From the NCBI GenBank assembly GCA_963804995.1, contig CAWDSK010000006.1, forward strand, positions 800,001 to 864,000: a stretch of DNA of 64,000 nt, in the 5' to 3' direction. Positions 34,342 to 44,574 of the stretch are shown here, in pieces; the first letter of the stretch is position 1; each line of letters opens with the position of its first letter. Source of the DNA: an uncultured Acidobacteriota bacterium. Lineage in GTDB: Bacteria > Acidobacteriota > Terriglobia > UBA7540. The notes below the pieces were generated by a model. That model was not told the origin of the DNA, did not search any database, and saw nothing but the letters and a program-made list of their open reading frames with translations. The position numbers and the translations under genes are program-made.

Positions 34342-34443
34342 CAGACCCATGTACTTGGAGGTCTGTGCCTCTGGACGAGCTCCCAAAGTCCCTTTGGGAG
34401 CGCAGGCCTCCCAGGGTAGGGGTCTGCGCCATCCACGCTATGA

Positions 34444-35286
34444 TCAGCTTTTCATGAGCTTTTGCGGACCGCAAGGCCGTAAGAAACAGACCACTCCCCC
34501 CAACGCCTCACCTGATCGGCGAATCACTGAAGTCCCTAATTGAAGGAGCCGCTGCATATTCCCGCCCATAGCCTTGGCTACCTGCTGAGGTGGCAGCTTG
34601 AGCAGTTTGAACGCGTACAATTCCACACGCGCGTCGTGCTCGGGTGCAAACGACCCAAACACGATCTGCTCCACGGGAAGGTCTTGCGCGGCCATTTCGA
34701 GGTATTGAAGACCATCGAGCCCCGAAGCCTCAAGATGGATATTGCTATGCCGCTTCGCGAGAGCGATCGCCTCAAGATGGGCCCCCCAGGGACTGCTTCT
34801 GTAAGCGCCCAGATGCGGCAGGATAAAATTCACGGATGGATAGGTCGCGGCCATGAGGTGATACATCCTGGTCAACTCGGAGCGCCGATTGGGCACGGGG
34901 TAGTAAATTACGGGTATGCCCAACTCGGCCACTACGTCTAAGATCTCGCGGGTGGGATGCCCATCCGTCTTCAGCCCCTTGAGTCCTCTCAACCGCACAT
35001 CTTCGCTGAGTACATCCTTCAAGTGGCCTGCCTCTTTCTGCGGGTTGTGCACGGCAAATCCAATCAACTTACCCGGATGCTTTTCACAAAGACGCGCTAC
35101 GTCTTTGTTCGCCTGCGCGTAGGAATCGTTCCGGGGAGCCATGATGCAAGTGCGGTCGATGCTAGCCTCAGCAGCACGAGCCAGTATCACTTCCACCTGA
35201 TAGTCCACTGGCCTCTCGGGCTCGATCCATGTCGCTCCCTGCCCTACCTGGGCGTGGCAGTCAACTATGAGGGCTTGGTCTCCCAT
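34444..35286 (-). CDS. Amidohydrolase_2-family protein
   Basis: VDCHAQ, ILPHLG and VFGS motifs; paralog of 35299-36183, with several metal ligands apparently altered. Confidence 0.82.
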   Translation of the reverse strand: MGDQALIVDCHAQVGQGATWIEPERPVDYQVEVILARAAEASIDRTCIMAPRNDSYAQANKDVARLCEKHPGKLIGFAVHNPQKEAGHLKDVLSEDVRLRGLKGLKTDGHPTREILDVVAELGIPVIYYPVPNRRSELTRMYHLMAATYPSVNFILPHLGAYRSSPWGAHLEAIALAKRHSNIHLEASGLDGLQYLEMAAQDLPVEQIVFGSFAPEHDARVELYAFKLLKLPPQQVAKAMGGNMQRLLQLGTSVIRRSGEALGGVVCFLRPCGPQKLMKS

Positions 35287-35298
35287 TCTCGCTCCATC

Positions 35299-36183
35299 CT
35301 ATAAACGGCCTCCGAGAAGGCGCAATATGTTGCCGCCCAAGATCAGCTCCTCCTTTTCTTTCGGCAGATTTTGAACCCGGATTTTATAGACCTCCATACG
35401 GGAGTCAACGTCTGCCCCATCCGATCCAAAGAGGATCTTTTCCGCCGGAAGCTCTTGAAGGGCCTTTTCGAGAAAAGGCGTAATAATCACGGTCGAGGTT
35501 TCGATGTACACGTTCGGGTAACACTTCGTCAGTTGGATACCTGCTAAGTGCTCGCGCCAGTCTCCGGAGTCATCGCTCCCCAAATGACACAAAATGAAAT
35601 TGACTTCGGGATAGTTCGGCACGAAATCTTCGTAAAGGGCCACCCGTTCTGGGTGGTAGAGGAGGGGGATCCCCAACTCCTTTAATGTATCCAGCATCTC
35701 GCGGCTCGGTTCCTCGTGGAGTTCGCCCAGCCCCCTCAATCCCAGATCATGCACCTCGTGAAACATCAAGGAACGAATCCGCCCGCTTTCGCGTTCGGGA
35801 TGATGCCGCGCAAAACCGATGAACTTTCCTGGATAGCGCCGGCAGATCTGGGCGATTTCCTCATTGGCTTCTTCGTAAGTCCAGTTCTCGACAGGAAATA
35901 TGACGCTTACATCAATGCCGACTTCCTCCATATGCCGCAGGGTCAACTCCGGGTCATTGAAGGTGTACCAAGGGTCAGTGAGATCCTCCGAGTTCCCCGC
36001 CATCCTTGCCACACCGGCATGGACATGACAATCAATCACGGGCACCTTCTTTGGCGTTTTGAGTGGAGACGTGGCTGAGGACGCCCCAGCCACTGGTTGA
36101 AACCGGGCAGCGAGAGGGGCGGCGAGCAGCCCGCCACCGGTCTTGATAAATCTTCTTCTCGAAGCATTAAATTTCTTAGTCAT
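35299..36183 (-). CDS. Amidohydrolase_2-family protein with Tat signal
   Basis: SRRRFIK; IDCHVH, ILCHLG and LFGSD motifs. Confidence 0.88.
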   Translation of the reverse strand: MTKKFNASRRRFIKTGGGLLAAPLAARFQPVAGASSATSPLKTPKKVPVIDCHVHAGVARMAGNSEDLTDPWYTFNDPELTLRHMEEVGIDVSVIFPVENWTYEEANEEIAQICRRYPGKFIGFARHHPERESGRIRSLMFHEVHDLGLRGLGELHEEPSREMLDTLKELGIPLLYHPERVALYEDFVPNYPEVNFILCHLGSDDSGDWREHLAGIQLTKCYPNVYIETSTVIITPFLEKALQELPAEKILFGSDGADVDSRMEVYKIRVQNLPKEKEELILGGNILRLLGGRL

Positions 36184-36409
36184 GGCACGCGTTTCCTCTC
36201 CCCTCTTTAGCCACGTTCCGTTTAAGTGAAGGCATGCGTGGGCATCCTGAAGAGACGCACATAAGGCTCGTGTTTTGGCAGATCGCTGAAAAGCACCTAG
36301 GCCTTCTTCGCAGCTGCCACCTGGGCGCCGTTACTATCTTGCGTCTTAGGTACTGGGTTGAAGTCCGCCTCTACGAATGGCGTCTAGATCCGGGTTGTAC
36401 CGCGACCCG

Positions 36410-39400
36410 TTAGAATATTACTTTGAGGGCGACCTGACCGATTCGAGGGTCACGCGCCCCAGTAACCAAGCCAAACGCACTGTTGGTAATACTGCCGACG
36501 GGATTCAGGAACTGAGCATGGTCAAAGATATTGAAGAACTCCCCGCGAAACTGTAAAGCGAACCGCTCGGTCAACCTTAAGTCCTTTAGCAGGGCCAGGT
36601 CAAAATTGTTGATCCCAGGACCATGGAAGAACATTCGGTTGGATGTGCCGATTTGGCCCAGAGCACCGCGGCTGAAAAGCTGAGTGTTGAAATATGGAAG
36701 GCCTGCGCGCGGATCGGTGAAGTGCAGATCGCCAGGCGTATAATTCGGGGTATCGACCGCTCTGCCCACGCCGGCTCCCGTGCTGCCCAGAAGCGAACGA
36801 TCGTCCCCCTCACTGAGCCGCACCGGAAAACCCGTCCCAAAATGGGTAACTCCCGCCAGGCGCCAGCCCGCAGTGAGGCGAGGCCGTGCGTTGTGGGCAA
36901 GTTGGTCGAAGGGAAGCATGTAGTTGTAGCTAAACACAAAGTTGTGGGTCATGTCGAAGCCGGAGAGAGCTTTTGAAAGCCGCTGGTTTATCGGATTTAT
37001 GCCATCGTCATTAATGGACGATGCATTGTCCAGCGACTTGCTGTAAGTGTATCCGGCCAGAAACGACAGCCGGCCCGTGGTGTGGCGGAGACTCGCTTGC
37101 AGAGAATTATAGGTGGAGTTTCCAATGGTCACAGCATTAGCATCGTCGGCGAAGAGGGGCCCGAACGGAGCGCGAGTGCCGTTGACGATGGTCCCATCCG
37201 GCCGCGTATAAACTCCGCTTTCCCCGAAGGGGCCGCACGTCGGTGTGCCGGGCGCCACTTCCGAAGGGTCGCTCAAGCTTAGGCAAAGTTGTTGATTTCC
37301 AGGGTTCACCATCTGATTAGTCAACAGTGCATGGGCCTGGCTGCCCACGTAAGCCAATGTAAGTAGATCGTTATTTCCGATCTGCCGCTGCAGCGTGAAA
37401 TGATAGCTTTCCGTGTAGGGCGTGCGGTTGTTTATCGAAATGCCGGGGATGCCGCCCACCGGTATTATGTGTGACCAGTCAAAATTCTTACCGCCCGTTA
37501 GGGCCGGATAAAACGGGTACACGTTCGGGCGAATGTTGCCAGTTGCCCTGTCAGTGAGGGGCGCCTCAAATAAAGGAGGAACCGGCGAAGTGTAAGAGAG
37601 AATATAGGGGGGCTCGGGATCGACATTGTACGTATTCATCCCCTCAATAGTTTGATAGAAGAGGCCCCAGGCGGTTCGAATGCTCGTCTTCCCAGGTCCG
37701 CCCAGTAACCGCCCTAGAAAGCCACCCCCAGCCGAGGGGGAGTAAGAAATTCCGATGCGGGGCGCAAAGTTGTTGTAGGGAGTCCGTGCGCTGCCGCGGG
37801 GTATTTTACCGTACCCCGGAACATTATCACCCGCAAAGACGATCCCTGCTGGGGCGTTAGGAAAGACAGTAGATTGGACACCGGCGACAAAGTTAGTTCT
37901 CTGGTTGAACCTCTCGTACCAGGGTTGGTTCAGTTCCCAGCGCAGTCCGTAGTTGAGGGTAACATTGGTTCGCACACGCCAGCTATCCTGTGCATAGGTT
38001 CCCACATATGTCTTGCGCTCGTCAGTATTTAAGGCGCTCTGCGTTGAGTAAGGGTCCATGGCGCCGATCAAATAGTCGGCAAAGTTGTTTCCGGTCTCGG
38101 CTCCTGAGAACCCCCACCAGCCGTTTCCGCCCGCCACCGGGGTGATGGCAACGAAGTTGGTGTAATGCCATTCGCCGCCAAGCTTGAGAGTATGCGTCCC
38201 CATTATCTTGGAAAAGTTATCCAGTGCCTGAGGAAGAGTTTCAAAGCGGTTATAATCCCAATTAGGAGCTCCAATCCCGACGTTGCCAATATTCATTGAC
38301 GGAAGCGCCTCATATCGAGAATCCGCCACATTCACGCCTCCGGGCACGCCTTCCTTGAAGCCGTAGTCACTAAGCTTTATGCCCCACTCCCCCGACTGTG
38401 CGGGTTTGCCGTGGCTGTCCGGAAAACGCAGAACGCTGAGGCGTAACTCGTTCACCGATGTAGGCGCGGATCGGGTATAGCCTAGCAGCAGGTGCTGAAT
38501 GTGGCCACTATTCGCGGTAGGCAAGCCGGGTACATCGCTGACCCCGAAAGGATTGAGTTGGCTAAAATCCCGAAAAGTGTAGTATGCCGTCATCATTCCC
38601 CATTGGCTATTCCAGTCCAGTCGCACACCTCCCAGGTCATCGCGTGTGCGTTGGATGTTCGCCGAGGACGTCCAGTACGGGCCCACGGTGGGCATGGGAA
38701 CAAACTGGAGAAGGGAGATGCTGGGAGCAGTAAATGCGCTTTTGGGAATGATACCATTCGGGAAAGCGCACTGGGAGGAGGTCGTACACCCCGGAATCCA
38801 GTATGGCTCGTTCGTTGCTACAGCGTAACCGAGTCTCTGCGAAAGGAGACTGGCGAAGTAGGTGCCGTTAACACTGCCCGAGAAGATGCTGGTAAGGTCG
38901 TCTCCCGAGAAGTCTCCATTCCGCTCGGCTGGCGAAGGAACCAGGAGTATGCCTGAGCTTAAGCCATGCTGCTCTCGGGTTCCCTGGTAATCCGCAAAAA
39001 AGAATAGCTTATCGCGCCGAATGGGCCCCCCTAGTGTCCCACCAAATTGGTTTCTTCGAAACACACCCCGCGCTGTGCCAGGAACCTCCGCCCCGGTGAC
39101 TGGATCGTTGCTGTTGTAATCATAGAAGTTCCGGGAGTCCAGTTTGTCGTTCCGCAGGAACTCGAAGCCGTCACCGTGGAAAGCGTTGGTGCCGGATTTG
39201 GTGACCACATTGATCATCCCGCCACTGTAATGACCATACTCCGCGTCAAAATCGCTGGTGATTAGTCGGAACTCAGCGATCGAGTCCAGATTTGGTACGA
39301 CACCGGCTTGGTTGTTGAGTGTTTCCTCAACGTTACCGCCATTCACCTGGAATCCGTTGTTGGACTCGCGCTGGCCGCTGATGGAAACGTTACCACCCTC

Positions 39401-39949
39401 AGTGGTGCCCTTTGTATCTCCTCCCCAATACATTGTCCCGGCCTCGACGGGGACGACCCCCGGCTGAAGACCCAGCAGATTGGTGAAGGTGCGCCCATTA
39501 AGGGGTAAGGTCTCCATGGTCGTGCTGCCGATAACGTCTCCGAGTTGCGTACTGGTGGTTTCCACGTGGGCCGCACTTGTGGTCACCTCAACCCGCTGGG
39601 TCATCTGACCCAGCCTAAGGGCGACGTTTATGCGCAAAGCATCGTTGGCATTCAATATGATCTCGGTCTGCTCGTAAGTCTCAAAACCTGTGAGTGCCAC
39701 TTGCATGCGATATCGGCCGACCGGCAGCGCTAAAAATGAATACGCTCCTAAGCTATCGGTGCGCACGCGTTGGGTGATGTTCGTATTCACCTCGACGACG
39801 GTGACTTCCGCATTGGGCACTGCTGCTCCCGTCGGGTCTGTTACGATACCTGATATCGATCCGGTTATGCTGGCTCGCGCAATGGATGGGAAAATCAAGA
39901 ATCCCATGAGCAAAGCAGGTAAGAGAGAAGCTATCGGTCGGCGGAGCAT
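36410..39949 (-). CDS. TonB-dependent receptor, Oar-like (carboxypeptidase regulatory-like N-domain)
   Basis: ISGIVTDPTGA, LPLNGR, TKSGTNAFHG, NNFAPRIG and DPRIGQVALKVIF motifs. Confidence 0.93.
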   Translation of the reverse strand: MLRRPIASLLPALLMGFLIFPSIARASITGSISGIVTDPTGAAVPNAEVTVVEVNTNITQRVRTDSLGAYSFLALPVGRYRMQVALTGFETYEQTEIILNANDALRINVALRLGQMTQRVEVTTSAAHVETTSTQLGDVIGSTTMETLPLNGRTFTNLLGLQPGVVPVEAGTMYWGGDTKGTTEGGNVSISGQRESNNGFQVNGGNVEETLNNQAGVVPNLDSIAEFRLITSDFDAEYGHYSGGMINVVTKSGTNAFHGDGFEFLRNDKLDSRNFYDYNSNDPVTGAEVPGTARGVFRRNQFGGTLGGPIRRDKLFFFADYQGTREQHGLSSGILLVPSPAERNGDFSGDDLTSIFSGSVNGTYFASLLSQRLGYAVATNEPYWIPGCTTSSQCAFPNGIIPKSAFTAPSISLLQFVPMPTVGPYWTSSANIQRTRDDLGGVRLDWNSQWGMMTAYYTFRDFSQLNPFGVSDVPGLPTANSGHIQHLLLGYTRSAPTSVNELRLSVLRFPDSHGKPAQSGEWGIKLSDYGFKEGVPGGVNVADSRYEALPSMNIGNVGIGAPNWDYNRFETLPQALDNFSKIMGTHTLKLGGEWHYTNFVAITPVAGGNGWWGFSGAETGNNFADYLIGAMDPYSTQSALNTDERKTYVGTYAQDSWRVRTNVTLNYGLRWELNQPWYERFNQRTNFVAGVQSTVFPNAPAGIVFAGDNVPGYGKIPRGSARTPYNNFAPRIGISYSPSAGGGFLGRLLGGPGKTSIRTAWGLFYQTIEGMNTYNVDPEPPYILSYTSPVPPLFEAPLTDRATGNIRPNVYPFYPALTGGKNFDWSHIIPVGGIPGISINNRTPYTESYHFTLQRQIGNNDLLTLAYVGSQAHALLTNQMVNPGNQQLCLSLSDPSEVAPGTPTCGPFGESGVYTRPDGTIVNGTRAPFGPLFADDANAVTIGNSTYNSLQASLRHTTGRLSFLAGYTYSKSLDNASSINDDGINPINQRLSKALSGFDMTHNFVFSYNYMLPFDQLAHNARPRLTAGWRLAGVTHFGTGFPVRLSEGDDRSLLGSTGAGVGRAVDTPNYTPGDLHFTDPRAGLPYFNTQLFSRGALGQIGTSNRMFFHGPGINNFDLALLKDLRLTERFALQFRGEFFNIFDHAQFLNPVGSITNSAFGLVTGARDPRIGQVALKVIF

Positions 39950-40054
39950 GTTGGCCACCTCCCAGGAAGATTTTGCGGGTGTATATACCTTTTATTGTGC
40001 CTTGTCAAGGTGTTTTCTGCCTTGTCGCGATTTTGACGTCATTTTGTCCTGCTG

Positions 40055-40370
40055 TGTCTCGCCAAAATCTCATCCGCGCAGGGAATGGCGCGAGTCGCTT
40101 TGTGCCTCGGATTGAAAAGAGAACCTGGACTCGGTTAAGAGTTGCTTTGAGGAGCGCGAAGGTTCTCTTTAGGCGAAGACCTGGGCAGATGCGGCGTACT
40201 TATATAAGAATGGGCGAAAAGTTGGCCCGGATCAGGCAGCCCGATCGTAACGATGATGCAGCCCGCCAAGTCGATCCTGAGATAGGATGCGCCCCGAGGC
40301 TGTGGAGCGAATTCTGTGGTCGGGGGTTCCCTTCCTCAACCCAAGGTGCGTGCGGTCTTCGTGGTACAAC
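40055..40370 (-). pseudogene. IS481-like integrase element, right end and C-terminal remnant
   Basis: ...RLGGLHHRYDRAA* at ~40233-40370; terminus TGTCTCGCCAAAATCTC at ~40055. Confidence 0.65.
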
Positions 40371-40896
40371 TCGACAACTCAACACCCATAGTACTGAATC
40401 TCGAGAAGTCTTTTACCCGTGGCATCCGTGGTACGGTCGTTCGGTCTGGACTTATGAAACTCTCGTCAAGAATAGGCAAGCGGTATATCGGTGCGGCATC
40501 GAGGAGAGCCCGGATGCTCGGTGCTTGGACGTGCCGCAATGGATGTTTGATTCTGCAACCTGCTGTCGGATGCGTAAGATGGCAGTTCCCACGGTGTCCT
40601 GCGAAGCATTGCTGGATTTGAAGGACCTGCTTCGAGGTGCCCCCCAGGTCAGCCCAGAGGTTGTGCTACAAGCTCAGCATCATTCCTTGCTAGTCCCAGG
40701 AGGTGCTGATGCGAACGTCAGAGAGCCGACCGACAGCCAATCAATTCAAATTGTTTCATCCGCCCCACCTGAGTCCGTCCTGGCAGAGACTGCCTCAGGA
40801 AATCCAGCAGAAGACCCTGAAGCTGCTGGCGCAACTGCTGCGCGAGCACTTAAGCCCGGTCCTCGCCTCCGGCCATCAGAAGGAGGCGCGGAATGA
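40371..40896 (+). CDS. Hypothetical protein typically found upstream of large serine recombinases (5'-truncated)
   Basis: VFYPWHPWYG...DVPQWMFDSATC; stop overlaps the recombinase start (ATGA). Confidence 0.55.
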
Positions 40897-41153
40897 GTGA
40901 CAAGATCAAAACGCAGCATCTGGAACGCAAGGCGATCCTGTATGTTCGTCAGTCGTCGGCTTATCAGGTCAGCCATAACCTGGAAAGCCAGAAGTTACAG
41001 TATGCCATGCAGGAACGCCTCGAACAGCTGGGCTGGCGCGAAATCGAAGTGGTGGATGAAGACCTCGGCCGGTCCGCGGCCGGGACGGTGACGCGCGCCG
41101 GTTTCGAACGCATGGTGGCGGAGGTGTGTTTGGGCAAGGTCGGAGCGGTGGCC
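40893..41153 (+). pseudogene. Serine recombinase, N-terminal catalytic domain truncated by an insertion
   Basis: AILYVRQSS, VDEDLGRS and RAGFERM motifs; ends at the TGT of the next element. Confidence 0.88.
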
Positions 41154-42470
41154 TGTCCCTACCAGTAATCTCGTTCAATTTGAAATGATTGATCTTATCG
41201 AGGGCTCTTGTTAACCTTCGTGGCCCATGTTTACTCCTCTCCTTTGCGCCTTTGTCAGCATCCGATCGTGGTTTCGATCTCGTGCAGCGCTGCAGGTTGA
41301 AATCCTCGCTCTTCGCCACCAGCTATCTGTCCTTAAGAGGTCGCAGCACGGCCGACTTCGTCTGAACTCCGCGGACCGACTGCTCTGGGTTTGGCTGTCC
41401 TGCTTCTGGTCGCAATGGCGCGCGGCGCTGCTCCTCATAAAGCCCGAGACAGTTATTGCCTGGCATCGAAGAGGATTCCGCTGGTATTGGAGAGGGAAGA
41501 GTCGGCAGGGCGAACCGGGGATGCCTACCCTCGATTTGGAAGTTCGGGGGTTGATCCGCAAGATGAGTTTGGCGAACCCGCTCTGGGGAGCACCACGGAT
41601 CCACGGTGAGATCCTTAAACTTGGCATCGAGGTTTCCCAGGCCACCGTGGCCAAGTACATGGTTCGTCAGCGAAAATCGCCCTCCCAAACCTGGCGTACT
41701 TTCCTGAATAACCACGCTAAGCAGTTGGTCTCCACGGACTTCTTCGTCGTGCCGACCGTCACTTTTCGGGTTCTATATGTGTTTATCGTCTTGGCGCACG
41801 AGAGGCGGCGTCTCCTCCATTTCAACGTTACCCCGCATCCCACCTCGGAAGGGACGGCGCGACAAATGGCCGAGGCCTTCCCGTGGGAAACTGCTCCCCG
41901 CTACCTGCTGCATGACCGCGATGCAATTTATGGAGATTCTTTTCGTGAAAGAGTTCGGGGCATGGGTATAAAGGAAGTCCTGACGGCCCCGCAATCGCCC
42001 TGGCAAAATCCTTACGCCGAGCGACTGGTGGGCTCCATTCGGCGCGAGTGCCTGGATCATATCGTGATTCTCAACGAGAGGTCTCTGCGGCGATTTCTCA
42101 AATCCTATTTCGATTATTACCTGCGTTCGCGCACTCACCTCGCGCTCGGCAAGGACCCTCCTGAATCGCGCCCCGCGGAGTCTCCGGAGCTTGGTCCCAT
42201 AGTCGAACTTCCTGAAGTCGGTGGACTTCATCACCGATACGAGCGGCGCGCGGGTTGAACAGGCGATCTGTTCGGAAGATTCTCAGTCTCCTTCCGCTAC
42301 GGGCGACCTGAGGTGCTCAACAGGAAGCCCCGCTAATTTGGGTTCCTCCGATTCGTACACTTGGACACATCGGCTATGAACTGAGCGCGATAAGGAATTC
42401 GCCGAACGGGAAGTACTAACTCCCCTCGGCCCTTCCTTCGCTTGGAGTGATCGAGTTTTTGGTATCGACA
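41154..42470 (+). mobile_element. IS481-like element with TGT...ACA termini
   Basis: Left end TGTCCCTACCAGTAATCTC; right end (rc) TGTCGATACCAAAAACTC; no TSD seen. Confidence 0.75.
41227..42258 (+). CDS. Integrase-core (rve) DDE transposase, intact
   Basis: TDFF, HDRD, SPWQNPYAER, RRECLD and GGLHHRY motifs. Confidence 0.9.
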   Translation: MFTPLLCAFVSIRSWFRSRAALQVEILALRHQLSVLKRSQHGRLRLNSADRLLWVWLSCFWSQWRAALLLIKPETVIAWHRRGFRWYWRGKSRQGEPGMPTLDLEVRGLIRKMSLANPLWGAPRIHGEILKLGIEVSQATVAKYMVRQRKSPSQTWRTFLNNHAKQLVSTDFFVVPTVTFRVLYVFIVLAHERRRLLHFNVTPHPTSEGTARQMAEAFPWETAPRYLLHDRDAIYGDSFRERVRGMGIKEVLTAPQSPWQNPYAERLVGSIRRECLDHIVILNERSLRRFLKSYFDYYLRSRTHLALGKDPPESRPAESPELGPIVELPEVGGLHHRYERRAG

Positions 42471-42676
42471 GGTGTTGCCTTCCCCACATGTACACAGGGT
42501 CGACGCCCCGTATCCCCGATTTTCGAAGCTCAATACCCAGCCCACTGATGCCTCTGTTTACGCTTCAACGGCCACCTCGCGATGGCCGCCGCAAAACTCG
42601 AGGTCAGGATGGTTCGCTACTCCTTTCCTGCAGGACTCTTTCATTCCCGACTACATGCCGGTTTATCCCGGCGCAC
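42471..42676 (-). mobile_element. 5' fragment (domain I) of a second, related group II intron
   Basis: GTGCGCCGGGATAAACCGGCA start; homologous to 34141-34341. Confidence 0.82.
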
Positions 42677-42772
42677 GTACAAGATCGGTACAACTTGAGC
42701 GTTCCGAATGTGCATTTGCGTGCTTTTTGGTCGCCAACCGTGCCGCAAAATCAACGAGTTACCTTATTGCTG

Positions 42773-42816
42773 CCAGATTTCTAATCCGAGGGTCGTGGAT
42801 TCCTCCACCCCTACCA
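42773..42816 (+). pseudogene. Degenerate tRNA 3' half (possibly Arg-TCT), att remnant
   Basis: GATTTCTAATCCGAGGGTCGTGGATTCCTCCACCCCTACCA, preceded by IHF-consensus AATCAACGAGTTA. Confidence 0.4.
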
Positions 42817-43050
42817 ATTTTTCAAGCAGTTAGTGGAAGGCACTTTCCCGATGGCTACATTTTCCGGCTACTTTAAGGGGCAGAAGGTTTGTGCTGCTTG
42901 AGTTGTGAACCTGCTACCTCAAGACTCTTCAAGATTAGCTCTGAAGCCAGCAACTGAGCCTGATCGCTAGAGCCGCCGAGCCCAACACTCGTGCCTTCGT
43001 TCACGTGACCCAGGCGATCCATCCGCGTCTTCACGTCCACCCCTTTGTGC

Positions 43051-43601
43051 TGCCCCCAGCGCGTTCCGACTGTGCGAAACCCCGTTGAGGAACCTACTGG
43101 ATTGAAAGTTCTAACCGACCGTATGGATCGATTGGCCGCAAGTTGCGCGGTGCGTTTCCGGGCTGTGCTTCCTGCGTTGTTGAGGCAAACACCGTCCCGC
43201 AGGCTGTGCTTCCATTATGCTTCCAATAAACGGGCTGAAAAAGCGGAGCAGAACCAAGCTAATATGCGTTGAATCAACGAGATGGCCTTGGGCGACTACA
43301 GCCCTGAAAAGGCTGGCGTCGGCGGTTCAACTCCGTCCCGCGGCACCATATCTGCTATGTTAGCAATGGCTTCCAACCATCAAAGTCCCTCAAGAACACC
43401 TTTCGCGCCGCCTGTGCTTGCCCTCACTGTAATCAGAGTGATCGCCGTAAGTTTTGCGATATCAAGAAGGTGGAACTTGGTAGAGCGCAGCCCAGAAGGG
43501 CTTGGCGTCGACCGATTGGCGAACTACCTCGGACCATTTAACTAATGAGCACAGGAATTTGCAGCTGCCGTTCGCCAGAATCTCAGCCCCGACGAAACCT
43601 A
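43051..43601 (+). repeat. ~550-bp dispersed non-coding repeat, copy 2 (tRNA-Phe 3' half at 43299-43348)
   Basis: Highly similar to 15346-15892. Confidence 0.9.
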
Positions 43602-43602
43602 G

Positions 43603-44500
43603 CCCGGATTTCTCACCAATAAATTGAAAAGGCTGTCTCTTTCTGGCATAAGTGCTCTTGGGAGAAAAACTTGTGCCGAAGAAGGAGGACAGCCTTTTGC
43701 GCACACAGTGTAACCAAGAATCGTTTGAATTTCATCCTCTGGCGGGGCGTGAGGTGAGGGGTGAGTTTGACGGCGGAGCGATCACGAGCGACGCGGGCGG
43801 TCTGCTGCTGCGCGAGGTGGAGAAGCGCACAGGGATCCTCGCGCGCTTTGCGGCCTGCTTTCGGGACTATCGGAAGCCCGAGCAGGTCGAGCACGGGGTG
43901 AGGGAGTTGGTAGCGCAGCGGGGGTATGCCCTGGCCCTGGGCTACGAAGACTTGAACGATCACGACCAACTGCGCGGAGACCCGCTGCTGGCGGTATTGG
44001 CCGAGAAGCCTGATCCGACGGGAAAGAGCCGGGCGAGAGAGCGGGACCGGGGGAAGGCGCTGGCGGGCAAGAGCACGTTGAATCGGTTAGAGCTGACCAA
44101 GGCAGAGGTTGAGAAGAAGGAGCGGTACAAGAAGATCGTGATCGACACGGACGCCGTGGATCGCCTCTGGTGAAGATTTTTCTGGAGGCGTACGCGACGC
44201 CGCCGGCCTAGATCGTGCTGGACCTGGACGCCACGGACGACCCGGTGCACGGGAATCAGGAAGGGCGATTCTTCCACGGTTACTACAGGCATTACTGCTA
44301 TCTGCCGCTGTACATTTTCTGCGGGGACTTTTTGCTGTGCGCGCGACTGCGGACTTCCAACATCGATGGCTCGGCTGGATGCGTGGAAGAACTAAAACGG
44401 ATCATGGCACAGATTCGCCAAGCTTGGCCGGAAGTGAAGATCACGCTGCGAGGCGACTCGGGATTTTGTCGGGAAGAGCTGATGGCCTGGTGTGAGCAAG
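43603..44500 (+). pseudogene. IS1380-family transposase, frameshifted and truncated
   Basis: FDGGAITSDAGG, LGYEDLND, LDLDATDD and RGDSGF motifs; frameshift at ~44165 and TAG at ~44209. Confidence 0.88.
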
Positions 44501-44574
44501 CGGGCCGCAGCATCGACCTGCGAGTTAGTTTGTCCATAGACTCCTCCCATACGAGGATGGATAAGCTCTTAGTA

